Assembly: GCA_025934715.1 (NCBI GenBank) | Contig: JAICWR010000001.1 | Coordinates: 8,387 to 72,386, forward strand | Reading direction: 5' to 3' | Source: Candidatus Saccharimonadota bacterium | GTDB taxonomy: Bacteria; Patescibacteriota; Saccharimonadia; Saccharimonadales; UBA10212 | DNA length: 64,000 nucleotides | Part shown: positions 57,034-64,000 of the stretch, one piece after another | Position numbering within the stretch: position 1 is the stretch's first letter | Layout: every line of letters begins with the position of its first letter | Program-made: the position numbers and the translations under genes | Notes under the pieces: model-generated | What the model was told of the DNA's origin: nothing | What the model saw: the letters and a program-made list of their open reading frames with translations, nothing else | Databases searched by the model: none

Positions 57034-59092
57034 AGTACGTAATATTGGCATCATTGCCCATATTGATGCCGGTAAGACCACAACTACAGAGGGCATACTA
57101 TATCGTACCGGCCTGAAGCACAAAATCGGCGCGGTGCATGAGGGTGAGACCACTACCGACTGGATGGCCCAGGAAAAAGAGCGCGGTATCACTATCACGG
57201 CGGCAGCCGTCACTTGCTACTGGAAAGACCACAAAATCAATATCATCGACACACCGGGCCACATCGACTTCACGGTTGAGGTGGAGCGGTCTTTGCGCGT
57301 GCTGGATGGCGCCGTGGTGGTTTTCGACGGCAAAATGGGCGTCGAGAGCCAATCTGAGACCGTCTGGCGTCAGGCCGATAAATATGGGGTGCCCCGCATC
57401 TGTTTCATCAACAAAATCAACCAAACCGGCGGCGATTTTTATAAAAGCCTGGACAGCATCCATAACCGCCTGAACAAGCGAGCCTTTCCCATCCACTTGC
57501 CGATTGGTTTTGAGCAGTCGGTGAAGGGCGTTGTGGACCTGATCGACATGAAATCATATAGCTATGACGAATATACCGACCATGAACTGAAGGTCGGCGA
57601 CGTCCCCGCCGACATGATGGACCAGGCCAAGAAGTACCGCAGCCTATTGGTGGAAAACGCCGTCGCAGAGGACGAGAAAGTCCTGGAACGCTACTTCGAA
57701 GTCGGCGAAGAAGGCCTGACCGAGGATGAAATCCGGCACGCCATCAGAGCCGCCACGCTAACCGGCAAATTTTTCCCCGTGACTGGCGGCGACGGGCGGG
57801 GCGTGATTGTTGAGAAACTGCTTGATGCCGTGAACGACTTTTTGCCAAGCCCTCCCGAAGTTGGTTCGGTTTGGGGGACCAACCCCAAAAACGGCGAGGA
57901 GATCGAGCGCAAACCTGACGCCGCCGAGCCGTTCGCTGCCCTAGCCTTTAAAATCGCGGCCGACCCATTCGTCGGCAAGCTAGCATTCTTTAGAGTTTAT
58001 TCAGGCAAAGTCACAGCCGGAAGTTATATTTTAAATAGCTCAACGGGGGAAAAAGAACGCGTGGGCCGCATCGTCCGCCTGCACGCCGATAAAAGGGAAG
58101 ACGTGGCAGAGGTTGAAGCCGGCGATATCGCCGCGATTGTCGGCCTAAAGGGAACCACAACCGGCAACACTCTTTGCGAGTCAAATAACCCGATAATACT
58201 TGAGAGCATCACCTTTCCGGAGCCACCGGTAAGTATCGCGATTGAGCCCAAAACCAAAGCTGACCAGGAAAAGATGAGCACCGCCCTACAGCGTCTGGCC
58301 GAAGAAGACCCCACCTTTAGGATGAAAGTCGACCACGAAACCGGCCAGACAATTATTTCAGGCATGGGCGAGCTGCACCTAGAGATAATCGTCGACCGCA
58401 TGAAGCGCGAATTCACAGTCGAAGCCAACGTCGGCCAGCCGCAGGTGGCTTATCGAGAGACTATCCGCAAAGACGCCGTCGAATCAGAGGGCAAATATAT
58501 CCGCCAAACCGGCGGCCGCGGCCAGTACGGCCACGTTTGGCTCCGATTATCCCAGAACGAGGCCGGCGAGGGCTTCGAATTCATAAACAACATTAAGGGC
58601 GGGGTGGTACCCCAGGAATACATCCCGGCCGTGCGCTCCGGTGTGGAAGAAGCCATGGCCAATGGCGTGGTCGCCGGCTATCCGGTGGTTGATGTTAAAG
58701 CCGAGCTTTACGATGGTTCCTACCACGACGTGGACTCCTCTGAAATGGCGTTCAAAATCGCCGGCTCCATGGCTTTGCAAGATGGCGTCAAGAAGGCTAG
58801 TCCGGTCCTGCTGGAACCGGTTATGAAGGTGGTGGTGGTCACACCCGAGGACTTCATGGGAGATGTCATTGGCGACCTGAACTCCAAGCGCGGCCGGGTG
58901 GAGAGCATGGAAGATTTGCAAGCCGGAATCAAAGAAATCACCGCGTTCGTGCCGCTGGGGGAGATGTTCGGCTACACCACGAACTTACGAAGTATGACCC
59001 AGGGCCGGGCCAGCTCTAGCATGGAGCTCGACCACTATGCTGATGTTCCGCCCAATGTCGCCCAGAATATCATCACCAAATCCGGCAAATAA
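57005..59092 (+). CDS. fusA: elongation factor G
   Basis: 695 aa with [13 protein letters not shown]1 motif and DTPGHIDF. Confidence 0.98.
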   Translation: MAEKKYELGKVRNIGIIAHIDAGKTTTTEGILYRTGLKHKIGAVHEGETTTDWMAQEKERGITITAAAVTCYWKDHKINIIDTPGHIDFTVEVERSLRVLDGAVVVFDGKMGVESQSETVWRQADKYGVPRICFINKINQTGGDFYKSLDSIHNRLNKRAFPIHLPIGFEQSVKGVVDLIDMKSYSYDEYTDHELKVGDVPADMMDQAKKYRSLLVENAVAEDEKVLERYFEVGEEGLTEDEIRHAIRAATLTGKFFPVTGGDGRGVIVEKLLDAVNDFLPSPPEVGSVWGTNPKNGEEIERKPDAAEPFAALAFKIAADPFVGKLAFFRVYSGKVTAGSYILNSSTGEKERVGRIVRLHADKREDVAEVEAGDIAAIVGLKGTTTGNTLCESNNPIILESITFPEPPVSIAIEPKTKADQEKMSTALQRLAEEDPTFRMKVDHETGQTIISGMGELHLEIIVDRMKREFTVEANVGQPQVAYRETIRKDAVESEGKYIRQTGGRGQYGHVWLRLSQNEAGEGFEFINNIKGGVVPQEYIPAVRSGVEEAMANGVVAGYPVVDVKAELYDGSYHDVDSSEMAFKIAGSMALQDGVKKASPVLLEPVMKVVVVTPEDFMGDVIGDLNSKRGRVESMEDLQAGIKEITAFVPLGEMFGYTTNLRSMTQGRASSSMELDHYADVPPNVAQNIITKSGK

Positions 59093-59110
59093 CGCGCAAA
59101 GGCTAAGTAC

Positions 59111-59536
59111 ATGCCTCGACGGCTAGAAAAAAATGATTTCACGACTCCGCAGGCAATTGCGGCCGAAGCAGTGGCTGCTCTTTTTTTAGCTTGGAAGTTG
59201 AAGGATAAATACTACCGGAAGGGAACACCTGAGTACTACCAGAGGGACGATACGCCGAGCGAGCCCGAGCCTAGCCCGTATCCCATGAATGAAAGCATCG
59301 GTGATACCGATGTATATCTTTATCCTGGTACGGAAACCGAACCCTTTGTGCTAGGATCCAGGAATCCGTCTGAAGGCTACACTGAGGTTCATGCGATGAT
59401 AGAAGATAATGGCACTGATAAGCCTAAGGTAACCGTTGATGAAAGTAGGTTAGACTCCGATCCGAGCCGGTTGAAGATACTAAGAGACCGGGTCACTGAA
59501 ATCCACCAAGCTTGGAGCAGTAGGGTTGGAGACTAG
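59111..59536 (+). CDS. orphan acidic protein (141 aa) between fusA and tuf
   Basis: Stop-free frame starting 18 nt after the fusA stop. P/E/D-rich. No family recognised. Confidence 0.5.
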   Translation: MPRRLEKNDFTTPQAIAAEAVAALFLAWKLKDKYYRKGTPEYYQRDDTPSEPEPSPYPMNESIGDTDVYLYPGTETEPFVLGSRNPSEGYTEVHAMIEDNGTDKPKVTVDESRLDSDPSRLKILRDRVTEIHQAWSSRVGD

Positions 59537-59544
59537 TCCTCTCT

Positions 59545-59573
59545 TTACAAAACGGTTAATTTCCGCTTATAAT
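59545..59573 (+). promoter_or_regulatory. internal promoter upstream of tuf
   Basis: TTTACA (59545..59550), 17-nt spacer, TATAAT (59568..59573). AAGGAG ribosome-binding site before ATG 59642. Confidence 0.55.
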
Positions 59574-59641
59574 ATCCGCAGATCGCATAGGTGGCTATTG
59601 CTAAATATGCTAAGAATTATTAACTAAAGGAGAACCTCTAA

Positions 59642-60826
59642 ATGGCAGAACAGTTCGACCGCAGCAAGCCGCATGTCAACGTAGGCACCATGGGCCATGT
59701 AGACCACGGTAAGACAACTTTAACCGCAGCTATAACCGCTGTCCTGGCTAAGAAACTGCCCAGCAATATTAATAAACCGGTGGCTTATGACCAGATTGAC
59801 AATGCGCCTGAAGAAAAGGCCCGTGGCATCACTATCGCCACTTCGCACCAAGAGTACGAAAGCGAGAAGCGTCACTATGCCCACGTCGATATGCCCGGCC
59901 ACGCTGACTACGTTAAGAATATGATCACTGGCGCCGCCCAGATTGATGGAGCTATTTTGGTCGTATCTGCCGCTGACGGCCCGATGCCTCAGACTCGCGA
60001 ACATGTGCTATTAGCCCGCCAGGTTGGTGTACCTAAGATATTGGTTTTCTTGAACAAAATGGATCTGGCCGATGCTGAGTTGGTCGAGCTGGTCGAAGAA
60101 GATGTGCGCGACCTGCTGGCTAAGTACGAGTTTGACCGCGAGGCGCCGATAATCAAGGGTTCCGCCACGAAAGCGTTAGAGGGCGATGGTCCAAACGAAG
60201 ACGCCATCATGGAGCTGGTCAAGGCCATGGATGACTACATCCCAGAGCCCGTGCGCGACCTCGACAAACCATTTCTTATGCCGATAGAAGATGTCTTTTC
60301 TATAAAGGGCCGCGGCACAGTCGCAACCGGCCGGGTGGAGCAAGGCATCGTGAAGGTAAATGACGAAGTAGAAGTGGTTGGTATCCGCAAGACCAGTAAA
60401 AGTGTGGTCACTGGTGTCGAGATGTTTAAGAAAAACCTCGACCAGGGGCAAGCCGGCGACAACGTCGGAGTCCTGTTGCGGGGCGTGGAGCGTGATGACA
60501 TCGAGCGCGGCCAGGTTTTGGCCAAGCCCGGTTCAATCACGCCGCATACCGAGTTTGAATCTGAAGTCTACATCCTGACCAAAGAGGAAGGCGGCCGTCA
60601 TACCCCGTTCTTCAAGGGCTATAAGCCACAGTTTTACTTCCGCACCACGGATGTGACCGGCGAGGTTGAACTGCCGGCTGACAAAGAAATGGTGATGCCT
60701 GGCGACACCATCACCTTTAAGGTCAAATTACTGGCGCCGATCGCCATGGACCAAGGCCTGCGCTTCGCTATCCGCGAAGGCGGCCGTACCGTCGGCGCCG
60801 GCGTTGTCACCAAGATCGAGAAATAA
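59642..60826 (+). CDS. tuf: elongation factor Tu
   Basis: 394 aa with [18 protein letters not shown] and NKMD motifs. Confidence 0.98.
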   Translation: MAEQFDRSKPHVNVGTMGHVDHGKTTLTAAITAVLAKKLPSNINKPVAYDQIDNAPEEKARGITIATSHQEYESEKRHYAHVDMPGHADYVKNMITGAAQIDGAILVVSAADGPMPQTREHVLLARQVGVPKILVFLNKMDLADAELVELVEEDVRDLLAKYEFDREAPIIKGSATKALEGDGPNEDAIMELVKAMDDYIPEPVRDLDKPFLMPIEDVFSIKGRGTVATGRVEQGIVKVNDEVEVVGIRKTSKSVVTGVEMFKKNLDQGQAGDNVGVLLRGVERDDIERGQVLAKPGSITPHTEFESEVYILTKEEGGRHTPFFKGYKPQFYFRTTDVTGEVELPADKEMVMPGDTITFKVKLLAPIAMDQGLRFAIREGGRTVGAGVVTKIEK

Positions 60827-60828
60827 AA

Positions 60829-61083
60829 ATGTCACCTGAAGTCAGGCTCCCTCACGAAGATCCAGTCCGATCTAAACTTGAAGAATATTTGGCAGGTATG
60901 AGCGCAGTAAGAGGCCAGGTATTAGATGTGTATTTCATAGATGTGCATGACGATCTCAGTGTTAGAATAACTCCTGACAATGTTGATGCCGAAGAAAATA
61001 AATTAAGGACCCACTTTGCTGAAAGGTATCCTGATTTAGCACCAATTGGCGAAGAACCAAACATTGAACGAGGTGAAAATTAA
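60829..61083 (+). CDS. orphan acidic small protein (84 aa) after tuf
   Basis: ATG lies 2 nt after the tuf stop. Its TAA overlaps the ATG of the rpsJ 5' remnant (TAATG). No family recognised. Confidence 0.5.
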   Translation: MSPEVRLPHEDPVRSKLEEYLAGMSAVRGQVLDVYFIDVHDDLSVRITPDNVDAEENKLRTHFAERYPDLAPIGEEPNIERGEN

Positions 61084-61139
61084 TGGCAGAGACAAAAGAA
61101 CACGAAGTCGAGCTCGGGGGGCGTAAAATAAGACCATGA
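61083..61139 (+). pseudogene. duplicated 5' fragment of rpsJ (18-codon remnant [21 protein letters not shown])
   Basis: 61083..61113 matches the true rpsJ start (61426..61456) at 26 of 31 positions, and the first five codons encode the same residues (MAETKE). Its TGA overlaps the ATG of the next ORF (ATGA). Confidence 0.65.
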
Positions 61140-61423
61140 GTTTAACGACCCAAGACTTAAAGCAAATCAGGACTGCAGTCCGCGAGGAGGCGGAATCTGT
61201 TATCAGCGCACGTGTCGAGCCACGGTTCGATAACCTGGATGGCCGCATAGAAGCACTGGGTAATGACGTTAAGGATATTTATAAAATGATATCCGAACTT
61301 CAAAAATTAACTCGACCAATTGCACATATTGAAAAGTATGATCTAGAGCAAAAAGTACTTAAAACTTATCGAAATGTTTTAGCAATAGCCAAGGACGCCG
61401 GAGTAACCTTACCCAGGGAGTAA
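61136..61423 (+). CDS. orphan small protein (95 aa, predicted helical) immediately upstream of rpsJ
   Basis: ~27% G+C in a sampled line. Stop lies 2 nt before the rpsJ ATG, and GGGAG within its 3' end serves as the rpsJ ribosome-binding site. No family recognised. Confidence 0.5.
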   Translation: MSLTTQDLKQIRTAVREEAESVISARVEPRFDNLDGRIEALGNDVKDIYKMISELQKLTRPIAHIEKYDLEQKVLKTYRNVLAIAKDAGVTLPRE

Positions 61424-61425
61424 TC

Positions 61426-61755
61426 ATGGCAGAGACTAAAGAGCCGGAAGTCAAGCAACGGATCCGTATACGCCTAAAGGCCTATGACCACAAGGTCATC
61501 GACCAGTCAGCCAAGCAGATCGTTGATACCGCATTACGTACAGGAGCAAAAATTTCCGGTCCGATTCCTCTGCCAACCAAAAAAAGCACGTTCACTGTAG
61601 TCAAAAGCCCGCATGTTTATAAAAAAGGCCGCGAGCAGTTCGAGATGCGCATCCATAAGCGCTTGATTGATATCAGCGACCCGACGCCAAAGACTATCGA
61701 TTCATTAATGAATTTAAGTCTGCCCGCCGGCTGCGACGCCGAAATTAAAATGTAG
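61426..61755 (+). CDS. rpsJ: 30S ribosomal protein S10
   Basis: 109 aa with typical S10 core ([16 protein letters not shown].., GPIPLPTKK). Confidence 0.97.
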   Translation: MAETKEPEVKQRIRIRLKAYDHKVIDQSAKQIVDTALRTGAKISGPIPLPTKKSTFTVVKSPHVYKKGREQFEMRIHKRLIDISDPTPKTIDSLMNLSLPAGCDAEIKM

Positions 61756-61759
61756 ATCA
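61744..61759 (+). repeat. direct repeat, left copy (last codons and stop of rpsJ)
   Basis: ATTAAAATGTAGATCA matches ATTCAAATGTAAACAA at 62086..62101 at 12 of 16 positions. Confidence 0.55.
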
Positions 61760-61762
61760 TCC

Positions 61763-62086
61763 ATGGAACTCCCAAGTGAATTCAAGCAGGCGCTACAGGC
61801 TGCGACGCCGGAAAACTGCATAGGTTGTAAGCGCTTAAAGAGCGTTGCTGAAGCACGCTATGAAGAAGCCAAGAGACGCCGCGCGGATGAAGAGAGCGCC
61901 ACAATGGCGGGACTGTCCGCAGTTGACTCTGCTTGTATTGGACAGACGGAACTCACTCCAGACGAATTATCGCAGCTTCCCTGCGGGACTCCTAATCCTG
62001 GCTGCAGCCGGCGAAAAGAACCCGGGTTTTCAAATAAAGCTGCTTATGCACTTCTGCTTTCGGCTGTTGAATTAGAGTCAATCTGA
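61763..62086 (+). CDS. orphan Cys-containing protein (107 aa; CxxC and Cx6C) separating rpsJ from rplC
   Basis: Starts 7 nt after the rpsJ stop. GC-rich (~63% in a sampled line), unlike the other inserts. No family recognised. Confidence 0.45.
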   Translation: MELPSEFKQALQAATPENCIGCKRLKSVAEARYEEAKRRRADEESATMAGLSAVDSACIGQTELTPDELSQLPCGTPNPGCSRRKEPGFSNKAAYALLLSAVELESI

Positions 62087-62101
62087 TTCAAATGTAAACA
62101 A
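62086..62101 (+). repeat. direct repeat, right copy
   Basis: See 61744..61759. Confidence 0.55.
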
Positions 62102-62189
62102 AATCACAGCTTTTCATATCATTATCACTTAGACTAAATACTACACAGGTGGAAAGCAGGAAGCCGCTAAGGCTTAAGCCCACCCAAAA

Positions 62190-62212
62190 AGAGCCCAAAA
62201 GAGGGCTCTTTT
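62190..62212 (+). terminator. intrinsic terminator between rpsJ-side genes and rplC
   Basis: AGAGCCC-AAAAGA-GGGCTCT followed by TTTTG. An A-tract upstream could make it bidirectional. Confidence 0.7.
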
Positions 62213-62401
62213 GCATTCCTTGCTGTTTACTTGGCCATGTAAAATTTGCAACGGGTTGACCGAGGTAGAAGTCATATGCTAATCTGTTAAGGACAGTACA
62301 GTTTGTGAGCTTGGTTTCGAATAGGTCTGCTCACTGGTAACAGGGGCAGAAACCGGCGGCGCCAGGCCTTTTAAAATGCTGTCGGAATAGAAAGGTAGCG
62401 G

Positions 62402-63022
62402 TTGAAAGCACTCATCACCAGAAAAATCGGCATGACCAGCGTGATTGGCGACAATGGCGAATTGCGGGCTGTTACTTTACTTTCAGCTAATCCGAATGTT
62501 ATCACCCAGGTCAAAAACGATGAAGACGACGGCTATCAGGCCGTCCAGCTAGGCGCCGAAGAAGCCAAGAAAGAAAAGATTGGTAAAGCGATGGGCGGGC
62601 ATCTAAAGCCCTCTGGCGCCCTGCCGAAAGTTCTTCGAGAGTTCCGGATTAGCGGCGATTTGGCAGAAAGTATTAAAGTCGGCGGAACAGTTTCCGCCGA
62701 TATTTTTGAGGTTGGTGACAGCGTGGATGTCACCGGCACCAGCAAAGGCAAAGGTTTTGCTGGAACTATTAAGCGCCATAACTTCCAGCGCGGCCGTAAA
62801 ACCCACGGCGGCCGCAGCTACCGTCGGCCCGGCTCAATCGGCTCCATGTATCCCCAGCACATATTTAAAGGCAAAAAAATGGCCGGCCACATGGGCCATA
62901 AGCAGGTGACCACCCGGCAGCTTAGGGTGGCCCTGGTTGATAAAGATCAAAGCGTGATTGGCGTGGCCGGCGCCGTTCCCGGCCCCCGAAAAGGTATCGT
63001 GCTGCTTAAGGAGGCCAAGTAA
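62402..63022 (+). CDS. rplC: 50S ribosomal protein L3
   Basis: 206 aa with TTG start, KIGMTSV.. N-terminus and the GKGFAGTIKRHNF motif. Confidence 0.95.
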   Translation: MKALITRKIGMTSVIGDNGELRAVTLLSANPNVITQVKNDEDDGYQAVQLGAEEAKKEKIGKAMGGHLKPSGALPKVLREFRISGDLAESIKVGGTVSADIFEVGDSVDVTGTSKGKGFAGTIKRHNFQRGRKTHGGRSYRRPGSIGSMYPQHIFKGKKMAGHMGHKQVTTRQLRVALVDKDQSVIGVAGAVPGPRKGIVLLKEAK

Positions 63023-63654
63023 TGGCCGTGGCGACTTATACCAAATCCGGCGCCAAGGCGTCTACGCCCGCCAAGCTCGATAAAGCGGTGTTTGCCGTCG
63101 GTGTTAAGGACCACCAGCTGCTTAAGGACGCTTACCTATCCTACTTAGCTAACGGCCGGACCAATAATGCCGTTTCTAAGCGGCGCGGGCAGGTCCGCGG
63201 TGGCGGCCGCAAGCCGTGGCGCCAGAAAGGCACCGGCAACGCCCGGGTCGGCTCCATCCGCGCCCCTCTATGGCGTGGCGGCGGCGTGATTTTCGGTCCC
63301 ACCGGCAATGAGAATTATTCGCGAAGGCTTAATTCGCCAGCTAAGCGCCAGGCCTTGTGCCAGGCTCTCAGCTTGGCTGCCAAAGAAGATAAGGTGGCCG
63401 TTATCGAATCACTGGCATTTGACGGCAAAACCAAATCAGCCGATAAGTTGCTGAGGAAGCTGGAACCCGGTCGCAAACTGCTGATAACAGCCGCTAAGGA
63501 CGAAAAGGTTGTCCGTTCAGTCCGAAACCTAGCGGACGCCAAACTAACAACTGCCGCCTATCTGAATACCTATGACGTGCTTAGCAGCGATCTGGTGATT
63601 ATAGAAAAGGCTGCGCTGGAACACATCAACCGGCGGCTTAAGGAGCCCAGCTAA
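63022..63654 (+). CDS. rplD: 50S ribosomal protein L4
   Basis: 210 aa with RGGGRKPWRQKGTGNARVGSIRAPLWRGGG. Start overlaps the rplC stop. Confidence 0.95.
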   Translation: MAVATYTKSGAKASTPAKLDKAVFAVGVKDHQLLKDAYLSYLANGRTNNAVSKRRGQVRGGGRKPWRQKGTGNARVGSIRAPLWRGGGVIFGPTGNENYSRRLNSPAKRQALCQALSLAAKEDKVAVIESLAFDGKTKSADKLLRKLEPGRKLLITAAKDEKVVRSVRNLADAKLTTAAYLNTYDVLSSDLVIIEKAALEHINRRLKEPS

Positions 63655-64000
63655 TGCGGACGATCAGAAGTAAAAAACCGGAAGTCAGGGACAGCAAAAA
63701 GTCCCAGCCGACAGCGCCCAAAAAAAAGTCTGTGGCGCAAAAGCACCCTGCTCTCAAACCGCGGGTCAGCGAGAAAGCCTACGCCTTAAGTGAGTCACGC
63801 AACACCTATATCTTTGACGTTGATTCCAGAGTTAATAAGCTTGATATCGCCCAGGCCGTAGGCGGCCAGTATGGTGTGGCTGTCGTGAATGTGAGGCTGG
63901 CGTCAGCGCCGGGAAAAGCGGTCCGGACTTATCGTCAAAAAGGCCGCCGCTCGGTAGGCGGCAAGCGTTCAGATGTCCGCAAGGCCTACGTGACCCTTAA
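63654..64000 (+). CDS. rplW: 50S ribosomal protein L23 (3' end beyond window), with ~33-aa basic N-terminal extension
   Basis: My own translation from ATG 63654 (overlapping the rplD TAA) gives ..LKPRVSEKAYALSESRNTYIFDVDSRVNKLDIAQAV.., an L23 core. The frame is open to the window end and is not in the ORF track because it has no stop. Confidence 0.85.
   Translation, partial: MRTIRSKKPEVRDSKKSQPTAPKKKSVAQKHPALKPRVSEKAYALSESRNTYIFDVDSRVNKLDIAQAVGGQYGVAVVNVRLASAPGKAVRTYRQKGRRSVGGKRSDVRKAYVTL

Noticed and set aside
1-64000. CRISPR arrays, transposases or integrases, prophage genes and rRNA genes.
   Set aside because: I saw no regularly spaced repeats, no ORF with transposase, integrase or phage hallmarks, and no rRNA-like conserved strings on either strand.
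1-64000. An alternative genetic code (UGA read as an amino acid, as in some candidate phyla).
   Set aside because: All conserved genes are full length with standard stops, and several end in TGA at the expected position (rpsL, hisS). There is no in-frame TGA problem.

Overview
The window is a gene-dense, mostly plus-strand core-genome segment from a small-genome bacterium. Split transketolase, MurT/GatD, type IV pilus parts, extended ribosomal proteins and many apparently leaderless genes suggest a Patescibacteria/CPR, Saccharibacteria-like lineage; this placement is inference only. Recognisable content: split transketolase, class II aldolase, PfkB kinase, uvrB, gatCAB, dnaE, a PilB-like ATPase, rplS, rnhB, yraN, pepN, nusA, clpC, radA, a PBP1A-like synthase, tyrS, murT/gatD, recG, rsmD, tRNA-Leu(UAG), gdh, hisS, tig, clpP, rpoB, rpoC and the str/S10 ribosomal cluster (rpsL, rpsG, fusA, tuf, rpsJ, rplC, rplD, rplW). 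I found no rRNA, CRISPR array, transposase or integrase. The main finding is that junctions between highly conserved genes are colonised by small orphan ORFs, mostly lower in G+C. Six lie inside rpsL-rpsG-fusA-tuf-rpsJ-rplC, two between tig and clpP, and one between uvrB and gatC. Several are translationally coupled to their neighbours. At least three are bounded by imperfect direct repeats that duplicate the host junction: the tig stop plus terminator half, the first ~31 nt of rpsJ, and the last codons of rpsJ. Other observations: a ~490-nt GC-rich structured ncRNA with its own promoter and terminator, carrying RNase P-like motifs but of unresolved class; a 126-nt hairpin element sharing a 13-mer with that ncRNA; CIRCE (HrcA-type) operators with embedded -35 boxes upstream of clpC and clpP; and a TyrS with a degenerate HIGH motif. 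My own hand-indexed coordinates may be off by 1 nt.
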